This document shows, piece by piece, positions 48,401 through 60,400 of a stretch of DNA of 64,000 nucleotides. Position 1 is the first letter of the stretch; the number at the start of each line of letters is the position of its first letter. Under the pieces are notes generated by a model. That model ran no database searches. It had not been told where the DNA came from and saw only the letters and a list, made by a program, of their open reading frames with translations. The translations under genes were made by a program, and so were the position numbers. This DNA is from Phallusia mammillata (Eukaryota), in NCBI GenBank assembly GCA_965637545.1, contig OZ281495.1, positions 12,772,001-12,836,000 of the forward strand, given 5' to 3'.

Positions 48401-51400
48401 AGTTTGAAAGATGGCTGTGAACAAACCTTCCGGACACTTCGGAAAACAACCTTCCACGCATGGGACCTGCAGTGAACATTGGTTGTGTGAATCGGACAGA
48501 TACTTATGTTGGCAGGTTGTTGGGCAAGCTGTCTCGCATTCCCTGTAGTGCCACAAGCAGTTGGACTCGTTGTTGTTGTAGGCCTCACACATAAGTGCTG
48601 CAAGGTAAGATATATTAATTTAAATCTGGCTAAATAGTTTTCGTTTACATTTTTTAATGTTAAAGTGTCTGTGCAAACTCTGGTTTCGGAATGCCCATAG
48701 ACAAGTATTTATCTCCAACTAAATTTGCAGATTATTTTAAACATGAACGATTGTTCCAAATTACAGATAAAACATTAAAATGCGCATATAGATTTAATGT
48801 TATTTTTACTTACGACACACGGACGGTGTCCTCCACCGTAGTGGCAATCCGGCAGCTGCACATACCGCAGCATACGCCGCCACAGCAGTACAGAAACATT
48901 CACAATCGCCTCCTGTGTTGCACCCGCATGTGTCAAATATACAATTGCTGTAGTACCACGTCACGTCAACCTACAAACCACGGAAACAAATTAAACCGTC
49001 GGTGTCCACAAACCCCAAAGAGGTCCGGTTTTAGAGGGTGTGTAAATGCAAAATATAAGGTACTGTTAGGTTTCTGAAAAGAGGACAGTTGCAGGTTGGG
49101 GTCCAAAGACTACAGAAAGGTTTGAAATCACGAGTTTAAATTGAATTATCTAGGCTAGGAAAAATTTCGGACGCTAAGTGATATTGCTATGGGTTTTTTT
49201 CACTGTTAAATCCAAAATAAACATATTCATACCAGGCTGTGACATGGTACAAACACTTCGCTGTAAAGAATCTTACAGCTCTTTTGCGCCCACGGGTGAC
49301 GGGTGGGAAAGAGTTTACAGGGACTGGTCCATTCGCCAACGTTGTCGCAACTTGGTGATGTCTAGAGTGTAAAAAACAATGATTAAAGAGCTAATTGAAA
49401 ACAAACATTTTTAGTAACAAACAACATAATACAGTTTTAAAAGAAACTTCGTGTTATCAAGGCAATAGGGTTTTTTTCAAAAAATATCGCTCGTATGTAT
49501 TGGGGAAGTTACACCTTTGTATTATTATAGAAGTTGACCTAACCTTCCAACTGTTTCCAAACTCGTATGACGTCACCGCCTGCATTTGGTCGCTTTTTAC
49601 TGCGTCATTGTTCTGATTGTCGTCAAAGTTTCCACACAGGCCACATACCTTACCCTGTAAAAAACGTGTTTCACAGTTCGTTAGACGTAGAGGACGTGAC
49701 AGTTTTTCTCAGAATGTTTGTTTTTGTTTGCCAAGTCAAGTTACAAAATCTGCATACAACTCTATAGTAAGTTATTTTAGAAGAGCATTAGAGAAGAAGC
49801 TTTTACACCTAAATCACGTAGCAGAAGTTAAACACGAGTTCCAAACTCACTACTGGGCCACAAAGTTTACCGTCCTGCAAAAGTAGTTGGACACGGTTTA
49901 CAAAAACCTAAAATAAGCTCAAAAGCTCAATTTTGGCAGCAAAGTTGAAATATCAAGAAACACAACAACTTGGGATTTACAACTTGCCTTGTGTTTTGGA
50001 TCCAGGCGAACGTTGACGGTCGACTTTCGATCCCACGACACGATCAAGCCAATATCATCAACAGTGACCACAGTTAACATGCCGACTTGGTGATAATCCC
50101 ATAGTGTGCGAGTTCGATTAGAAGTTGAACCAGGTGCGAGACCGATTTTTACAATTTCACGCTTTTCTGAAAATAAGTGTAAAAAAACATAACTAAAAAA
50201 AGTAAATTAGCAGCAAAAACTTGAAGACTTTGTTAGAAGCCCTCTTGCATTTAAAAGTGGGGACAAAGTTCTAAATTTTAGCAACAGTTAGAGTGAGCAC
50301 TGCTTACTAAATAATAGCCAAGCAGAACAGCCTTTACAAAAACATTCACTAACAGTTTTCGTATTCAAATGGAAAAAAATTAAAACTTCCTGAACTTTCC
50401 AGTACTATTTCTTTCTGGCTTATAACGGTAAAAGCGAATACTTGGTTGGTGGCACAATGCCGTTGTAAAAGTAAACCGATTTTATTTATATTTAATACAT
50501 TTTAGTTTTAATTAATATTTCTAGACTTCGTAAACTTTATCAAACACCCTACACTCAACATCGATAAAGCCTTTTATCCAAACCTAACGGTTTGGGTATT
50601 TTTGTTTTCACAGTAAACAACAATATAAATTTCTATTATCTTACCGTATCCGAAACCCTCATGAGTGAGCCGAATGGTGACTTTATCTTCAAGAATAATT
50701 AGAACACTTTTCGTGCAAGTCATCCCTCCAACACCGCACAACATATTCTCAACGTGGACGCGGAACGTGCCAGCGCCGTTGTTGCAATAATCCTGTGAAC
50801 AAGATGAGCATGATTTGAGCACAAGCCAAAATATACTATTTGCGGCGACTCATAACAAGAATGACAATGCCACTGACAAATAATATTTCATGGGTATACA
50901 GTAGGACTCACATGAGTTAAAATATATGTGCACGATCCCATATAGTCAAACTTATATCCGTCAAAGGTGATGTAATGCGGATCTCCATAAGCTGTACATG
51001 AGCCCACACATGACTTGCTGGTGCAGTTCCACAGTCGGTTGACACACTCACTAAGGAACAACAATAAATAAGAAATAAAAGCCCGCATGGAAACCGGTTT
51101 TGTTTTTCCAGCCCTACGTTTAAACCAAAATCCTCAACGGACAAAATTTAAGTATTGTCAATTTAAACCAGGGTTCCTCAACGGGGGCGATGGTGACAAT
51201 TTTGGGATTTGGGGGCGATTTTACTTCCAAGGGGGGCGATTTCAAAATTACTGAATGTATAAAAATATTCAAGAATTGTCAGACTAAGCTAACTTACATG
51301 CAAACGTTATTCGTCTTGAAAAAAACATCAGTCGCATGCGGCGCATGAGCTTTTGCTGCTATTATATAAATTGCATTTGGCGATTTTTTTTTACTTTTTT

Positions 51401-54400
51401 TGATATCTATAGCAAGGTTGGTCTGTTTATTAGGCCACAGGGCGCGCTGTTAAGGCTATGTATGGTGACCGGCTCTACATTTTTCAAATATAACAGTATA
51501 ACGAGCTTTCACTCAAACTTGTTTCACTTTTACCATTTCTATAGGCCTAGCGCTTCAAAAACTGCGAACTTTTTGTATCTTTTATTAATGTGGAATGTAT
51601 AGGTTTCTCTTGCACTGAGTAATGATCCATTATTGTCAATCAAAATTACAAAAAGGCTATTGTTTGCGCATAATTGTAAAATGTAATCTTGTCTATGACG
51701 TCACAAACTTTGCTTAGATTCTTTAGAATGGCGTGAAATTGACCCTCAGTGTTGTTGTAGCAATTAAATTGGGCTTTAACTGTTAACATGAGCTTTCGTG
51801 GTGCTCTGTAAAACTAACTGCACGCAAATGCTCAAGAGTCAAGAACTTTAATAAAAATAACAATATAATGGGGGGGGGGCGATTTTGAGCCAGTTCCCTA
51901 GCAAGGGGGCGATTTCGCTAAAAAGGTTGAAGACCACGGATTTAAACTAACGTTTCGTATAATGTTGTTGCGTAGAGGCTGATTTTACAAACTAGAGAAC
52001 AAGCAAAATAATCTACTGCCGCGTTGCCTACCCACGGTTATTCTCTGTAGTAATATAAACTCAAAACGCTTGTGTGATGGTGTTTTCAAGTTCTTACCAT
52101 TTGTTGCAGTCGACGTTCAACGTATGTCCCGGGAAAAAGGCACGGTTGCTATAGTAACAAGGACAATCGAGGGCTTGAATACAAACCGAACGTTCCGAGT
52201 CAAAAACTTGACCTTCAGCGCAGCCGCATCCCTCCACACAAATATCTTTAACAAAAGGTTGTTGTATGAAAAAATTGTTTTAAATTTTTGTCCCGAAAAG
52301 ATTTCAAGTTTTATCGTAAAAAATCATGCCATATCCAGTAACAACTTAACATTGTAATTTGTTAAGCGTTACTTATGCAAATAGTAATAAAGCTTGGTCT
52401 ATACTATAGTTTCGAACCCATTACATCACTTAAAATCACAATTTAAAATATTGGCATAGTTCGTTTCAAAGGCTCACATACTCTTTGGAAAAAAACGCAT
52501 TAAGTAATTAACAATTAAATATCGTTTTTTTTAAACCAGCATGTTTGACACAATTATTGAACATAAACAACATTATTACTTTGAGCGCATTCCTCTCCTA
52601 ATGTTTTGCATGTTGCCTGGCATTCAATTCCTACTGGATTTACTTCGCTAGAGTTGCACGTCTTATAAACTTGTCCGGGAGGGCAGTCAGTCGAACCTGC
52701 AACACGACGGTTAAACATAAAATGGTTTTCGGTACTTGTGAGGTAACTTGTACTAATTTAGAAATCTTAAACACCAAATTTTACTAAAAAATTTGGGTCG
52801 ACTATTAAAGAAGTGTGAAACTTACGGAATAATCTTGCGCCAGCGTCTAGCAGCGATCCGCCTTGCGGTAGGTTTTGAACGCAAGTAAAACGTCCCTCCA
52901 TACAATGGCTGCAAAATAAAATGTAACCATTTATCAGTTTGCTGATTCTGACACCAACCAGAGAAACGTTAAGCCACAAAGGGTACAGCTTTGAATCAGC
53001 AGCAAGAGTAATACACAGAACAAACAAAACAGTTTGGAAACAAACAAAAAAACAATATTTAAAAATGCAAAATAAAAAAAGTATGAGATAAAAACACAAA
53101 AACATAAACTCGCTTAATATGGAACAGTAAGTATTTGTAGATTTAAATAAACATGTTGTAAAAATGACATCAGCATTTTGTTGATTTAGGCCAATAATAA
53201 GTTCAAACAGGGCGCTTAAATACTTTTCTATTGCTGCTACACAACATCCATTTGCCAAGTTAAAATTGAACCTTGTTGCAACAAAACATTAAAAGTTGCC
53301 AATTAAAAGGCTAAATAAGATTTCCAGTTTTAACTGTACAAATTGGATTTCCTGCAACAACAAGGTTACTAACCACTTACCAAGTAGTAAATTCCCTGTG
53401 TACTGTCTCGTATGCTGAGTAAATCAATCCATTGTGGTAACATTCACACTGTGATTTGTCAACGCAAGACCCGTGAGCATCCATGAAGGTGCCTGTGGGA
53501 CAATTGCAACCCTGCACGCAGCGCTCAGGGCAACGCACAGTTTGGTCTGATATGGACCGACATGTTGTGATGCAGGAGCTGCCACATTCCTGGTAAACTT
53601 GGTTGTAAGGGCAGGTTGCCTCTGACAAAAATATAAAAGACTGGTAAGTTGGAAAGGTAGAGCAGTTCTAGAAACGATTTGTTTTGTTTCAGCGTGTTGG
53701 AGTGGAATGATATGTTAATTAAGGCTTTAGAGAAAGTAAACATAAAGTTACCTTACGGTAATCAAGATTAAGGAAACACTGATATAAACTGACGAACCAT
53801 GCAGATCCTAGACTTGTTACTTATCCTGCATGTTGTCACCAAAGGTAGGCAAATGTCAATTCAAAGTATTCACATTGTTTTTTTACCAAATGTGTCTTGT
53901 TAGGTCAGTATTTTTGACCACCTTCGAGCAGAAGTATAAACAAACAAATAATAAAAAATTTTTGGTATAAGGAACAACTGGTTATAAGACGCAGTTTAAA
54001 ATTCATGGGACTTGTGTTAGGTTTAGGTTAGTTTATTTTTAAAACTGTACAAATTAAAAACTAAAATCTCGACTTACGGCAAAAACTCGCACTTCGCCAT
54101 TCGGTGACGTATCCAGCATGGGCACACACTCTAGCGAAATGCGCCACAGAATTGCAGAGACAAACTTCGCCGTCCTCACAGGCACATACATCGAACAGAC
54201 ACTGTTGGTAGAATTTGTTGGGAGGAACGTCGATATGACAGAGTTTGAAAATACTGCTCGTGATAATCGCACACTCGGTGACCGCAAATGGAGCTGAAAA
54301 AGAAAACTGGATCATAAAAGTCACCTAATAACTAGGCCAGTGGTTCTTAACCTTTTTGGTGTGGTTTCCCACTTAAGTAAATCACCAAGTTCGAATTTCC

Positions 54401-57400
54401 CCCTCTGTTATTTTTGTAATGATGTTTTGTGCCCAACATTAACAAAAAAATATTCTTTAATCGAAATAATTTGGTGAAGCGATTTGGTCGGGACCTTAAA
54501 GGGATACTGCAATCTTATTTAGTTTGAATAGTGATTTCGTGAGAAAGTAAAATCAGGTGGAATTTTGAAAAATCTCATGTGATTGCATTAGTCATTTATT
54601 GCATCACAATCAACTCATCAAATGCATTTATTCGCGAACAATAACAAAGTCATTGATACTTTTAGTAATGTCTGTGACGTAACAAACGATTTTTGGATTT
54701 TATGCGCGTTGTAAAACTAGGTGAAGTTAATCTTACATGTTGTTGCGGAAAATATTGTATTAACTTAACTTTCAATGGTTAATTTCAACCCACGGGCCCG
54801 AGTTTGGTGACTTCTAACTCACATAATTTCCCTCCAAAAACATTAAATTTCCCACCGGTTAAGAACCACTGAACTAGGCTATATTGACCCTAAAATAAGG
54901 CATGTATATAAAGCTTATACAAGCGCAAAACGTTTTCGAGGGAACGACGTAGCAAAACATGCCCGAACATAAGGATAGCGAAAATCTTGCTGGTATCAGA
55001 AATATGGTAGAGCCTGGTTAAAAAATAGTCTTATCGCTTGGTCTACCCATTTAAACAGGGTTTAGGTGCTGGTACACAGCGATAGAAAAGTCGTCATGCG
55101 GTACACGGCCAGTATAAGGCCGAGAACCACTGCTGTAGAAGATTCGTAGCATTCTAGATCGATTATGCTCAGATGTTTAATATTTTTGTAGCTGCATAAG
55201 CCACTTGCATAAGCAGTGTTAGCTTGTGTAAGTTCGATCAACATCTATGATCACTTTACGCGCGTAACTTTCATTACACCTTACGTGAAATGAAAAGTAT
55301 GAAAACTAAAATCTCCTTCGGTTATCATGAGTCACTGGCATTGGCTGTTCTGATAGCATCCGGTCAATTCGGAAACGGTGAAAGCCAAGCAAGGGCGTAA
55401 TGCTACGTAATACTCGAAGCAATTTTGTTTGTCAAAACGGTTCGAGTGCCAAGGCCTGTGCGTCCGTTTTGGCCGCAAAATGGCTCAGAATCTTGTGGTG
55501 AAAGGCGGAATTGGAAATGTCGTTGAACAAGGGAATTGACCTACCTCGCTGCTGGTTGACTTGGCACGGTTCGACAAGCTGATTAGGTAACATGTCAATG
55601 CAATTCGGGTTGGCCTTCCACGAATTTCCGAACGATACCGGGTTGCGCTCGACCAATCCTGAAAAATCAAATCGCTATAAGCCGGACATAAATAGATTAC
55701 TGGGATCAGCCCTGAAGCAGCGATCATGACACACTCATATATTTATCACAAAGTACTTCGTCCACGTTGGCTAAAACTTTTCTTTAAAATCATGTCCTGG
55801 TATCTCAAAGTACATACCGTTAAAGTTCATCAAATCGTCTTTCTGGTTATCGTTGTAGTTTCCGCACAAACCACATAACTTGTTCATCCACCTGGGAACA
55901 AAGAAAAATGCAAAAGTAAGTTTTTATCGATAGAAGATTATTGTGCTACCCAATTCTTGTTTGCATGATGGCAACAAAACAAAAGTTTGAAATTTTAAAT
56001 TATTTAGTTGTTACCTTCTTTCCGCCCTGACGTAAACTCGCGAAGTTCCATCCCAATCCACAACAATTCCGATTTGAGTTCGGATTTGGACAAACATCGA
56101 TGAAACCTGAGTGACCTGGAATGTATCTGAAAAATACGTACTTCCCATGTATTACTCAGAAGGAGATTCAAATAAGTGTAAAAAAAACAATTTAAAGACC
56201 CATTCCACCCCGCAATATAATAGTGACTATTTTCGTTCAAAGCAAAAAGAACAAACGGAAAGTATAGGTCCCAACTGCGATTTCGACATTTGAAATCATT
56301 TCCGTTGATGCCACGTGCTAATACAAATCAGCCAACTCATTTACATACAAGTTATCACCATTTGTCCCACCACTATTTTTTACCGCAAACCAACGCAAAA
56401 TTACTATGTTGGTTACCAGGGGAAGCAATTGGTCCAAATCGATAAGGGCGTCGCTTTGATGTAGACCAACTGGCATCGGAACGGACGAAATCAAGTCTTA
56501 ATCGGTGACTAATTGACTGGATACATCAGGCTTACCGCGAATGTATGGAGGCACAACAACCCGGCCGTCCACACTGACCACTTGACCACGACTCAGGCGG
56601 ATGGTCACTCTCGGTTGTGTTAGCGAGGTGTTGTCCATTGCTGGATTAACACGCAATGAGAGGCTGATTTCCTTGGTACACGTCACAGTGGCATCAGAAC
56701 CGCAAACCGTATTGTCAACGTTGATTCTGAATGTAAGAGAACATTTCCCCTAAGCTTTTTAATTGTTTTTCTTTAACGCATTTCAGACACCAGATATCAA
56801 AATGGATAAATCCGAAGTTAAGTAGAAAATGTTTTGCGACGTTTTTACTTCCAAGTGTAAAAAGTTGTACACCTGTATAGTTTCAATTGAATTGAAAACA
56901 GTCGCTGAGTTTTGTGTGCATTTGTGGGTCACTTTTTAACTTAAGACAATAATGTAATAATTACTCATTCTGTTTATGAATGTGTTTAGACATGGACACA
57001 AAATCCAGTTGCAAAATAATGTAACAATCCTACTTAGGCCAAAAAGTACCGAAACAGGTTTGTTCCACTGCAGTCCTTCACAAAAGTGTATGTGCACTCC
57101 CCATGCATTGTGTAAACAAAACCGTCAAATGTCTTGTAATGAGGATCGCCTACTGCTGAACACTCAGATGCGCATGGTAGATCGGTGCAGTTCCAAATGG
57201 CACTCTTGCATTCACTGTAAAATCAAAACGATTAAAACTAGCTTTCTATTGTAAAGGTTTAAAAGAGGTTTGTTTAAAAATTTGTGAAAAAAGGGTATTT
57301 GTAATTGCTTTTAAACTCTTCCGTTAAAGGTTTTCAAGTTTTTATAGCAAAGCTAGTTTTAAACTATCACCTAACAAGAACCAACTGTTAATTTCCCTTA

Positions 57401-60400
57401 CCACTGAGAGCAGGCTTGTCGAAGAACGTATTGAGCCGGGTAGATGATGGAGTTGTGTTCACACGGGCACTGGTCTTCCTGGACACACTGACCGTCGTGA
57501 AGGAGAGTTCCAGATGGACACACGCACCCATCTACACAATGCTCCTCGCATCCAGTGTCCGGTGTCACAAGGTTGTGGCAGGTCCGTGGACAAGAAGAAC
57601 CGCACTCGGTGTAGACCATTCCTTCCGGGCAGATGACCTCTGCAATCAAATGTTTTAGAAAAGTTGGTTAGTATGAATGCACGACGTTCCAAAGTTTTAA
57701 TTTCCGTTTCGGCGTGTGTTGTGTATACCGACTCGCGGTTTACTCACTTACAAACAGACAAACACACTTTTTTAAGCCGATGAGTTTTCACTCAAAAAGC
57801 AACAAACAAAGCAAAAAGTTGATTTTTTATCAACAAAGACGGATTCCTCAGAATTGTTGATTTTTTATCAGCAGAGAGCAACTCTTGACACTCGTGCCAT
57901 AGCATACATGCGAGGTTATTATGATGACACGCCAAAGCAGTATGCCATCTAATCTCTTTAAATGTACTAAAAACACGTACAAATTTGTCTGCTTTCTGAT
58001 TACTATTTAGTTCAACTGATGAAAACCATCGCAAATGTGTTAATTGCCAATATAAGTCACCATTTTGATAAAAAAGTAAATTAGCACGCTCGGTGAAAAA
58101 GTTACCGACAATCTGATCTAAATTATGCTTTAGCAAGAAAGAACTCAAAACCTTGCGTAAAATACGATCACATTTTTAAAACTTATTCAAAACAATATAC
58201 ATCATAATAATTGCTGAAATTTCATCACAAAGAATTGGGAGGACAGTTTTTAACTTACCGCAAAATCCAGGCTGTCTCCATTCCGGTCTGAGATCGGTTT
58301 TGCTCATACAAAGACGAGAGTATTGCGCCACTGAATTACACTGACAATCTGGTCTGAACGTTCTCTGAAATTAAATACAATAAATAAAATATCAAGTAAG
58401 AGGCACGCCAATTAATGTAAGTTAAGTTCTGGGTGTGCATGTTATGTCAATCAGTAGCAAAGTAACACGCATTAGAATAGTAATGTTTTACGATGAAGTT
58501 AAAAAGCATGAACATCTGCTTTATAGCCACAAATCAGTTCTTTACACCAACTTTACACTTCCAACATGGTATAACAATGTTACAGCCTACCACTTAATGA
58601 AAAGCCTCAGATTTACTAAAAAGTAAAAGATTATCCTAAAACGATATGTTAAGGGCTAAACATTGTCATTATCAAAACTTCTGCGTTATTCTGCCAGTGT
58701 TGTATGTACGGAGCCAATATTTTAAGACGGGAAACTTGTGTAACTTACCTCACATCTACAAAGATCTGAAACACACCCATCAACCAGTGGGTCAGGATCA
58801 ACTCCAGCCGCAACGCAATCAGCAAAAGCACGGTGGTTCGGTATAAACACCAAACACACAGCATGGATCGTCTGTGCCAAAAAAAGTTATCAATAAAAAA
58901 CTGGGTTTTAACTGGGTTTCACTGTTCAAGTATTTTATTTCAACATTCCGTTGTGTTTATTTTATCAAAAGTAACATTTAAGGACGTACAAACGTTTGAC
59001 GGTCCTTGGTGTTGAGGACAACCAAGGTAATACAAATACAATATATTTGCGGTCAATACCAAGCTATCGGTAAGGAAAATTGAGCTATAACAGTCTTACA
59101 TCGACGATATCTGCATCCAGGCCTTCGCAGTCGTATGGTAGTACTGCAACATCGGTACAGTGACTGTGAATACCAAGTACTCTCCATCCTCGAGCCAACC
59201 ATATTGGGCTACTCGCGGGACTGTCTGTGCAAAAACAAACAATTATTACAAAAAAATTTCAAGCATACTCTTATAATTTCCGAATATATCAAAAAGACGT
59301 GTAAAGCACATAAGTCAAATACAGGTAACATGAGCATGAATCGTAGGTGCAAAACAAAACGGGTTCATGCCCAAAATCGTATGTTTTTTTCAAAAAAAAT
59401 AGTTTTTACACAAAAATGCTTCTACAATCCACAGTTGAAAATCTATGGGTTTTTTAACTTGGCATAATTCCGCACTTATTATACAGTCTAATAGTCTATC
59501 AAACAGATGTTGGTTCATAATGATAATATGTTCCCATTTTTTAGTAAAATACAATCGTGGATAAACCCAGTATTTCTACACAGATTTGATATTCATATCG
59601 GTAAGCCCCGAATCGACGATGCAGACCAACAGCTCACTAAAATCCAGATCACATGACGATTGGAAGCAAATAGGTTTTAGTCGTGGATTCGAATTCCACA
59701 GATTGGTCTAGCTCAGTCCTGGGCATTTTACGGCCCGCGGGCCACATCCGGCCTGTTGGCTGTCCCTGTCCGGCCCGCGTGAGGTTTAAGTACATTAAAA
59801 CACCAATCCAATATAGGTCTATTTATGCTATGCATAAAATAAGGCAATTTTGCTGTTATTTTAAAAAGCAATTTGTTACATATGACTACGTAGTGATGCA
59901 CGTGCGTAGGCGAACAGCTACGTGTGATGCTGGTCAAAATCGTAATAAAACACAAGTTGTTCAACCAATTGTTACGTTGCCTATAATGCACTTTTGTGTC
60001 GAAATAATACAGCGGGGATGGGAAAAGCACATAAACCTGATTTTTACAAACTGGAATTGATCAACCTAATTGAATAAAAACTTTGGGTTTTAACATTTCA
60101 GCGTAATATTGCAAGCTAAATTGCTATTTTTCATGTCAATTCGCCCGCTTATTTTTTATGCAAACTATAAATATTTGCATAACAACGCTCAAATGTAGAA
60201 TTAAGTTTAACCAAGTTATCGTTGGTTTGGCCCTCGGACATAAGTCAGGTTTCTTATGTGGCCCCTTTTAAAAATTAATTGCCCACCCCTGGTCTAGCTT
60301 ATGCCATTCCGCATGGTGAAGCCTGGAAAAGCGGCTTAATACCGTTTGATACTGCCCCAAAGAGGCCTAATGTAACAGAGTTGTAAACGGGTCTGAAATT

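Noticed and set aside
52767-53258. 163-aa hydrophobic minus-strand ORF as a membrane protein
   Set aside because: T-rich intron read-through into the true 83-nt exon 52826-52908; the hydrophobicity reflects the polypyrimidine composition.
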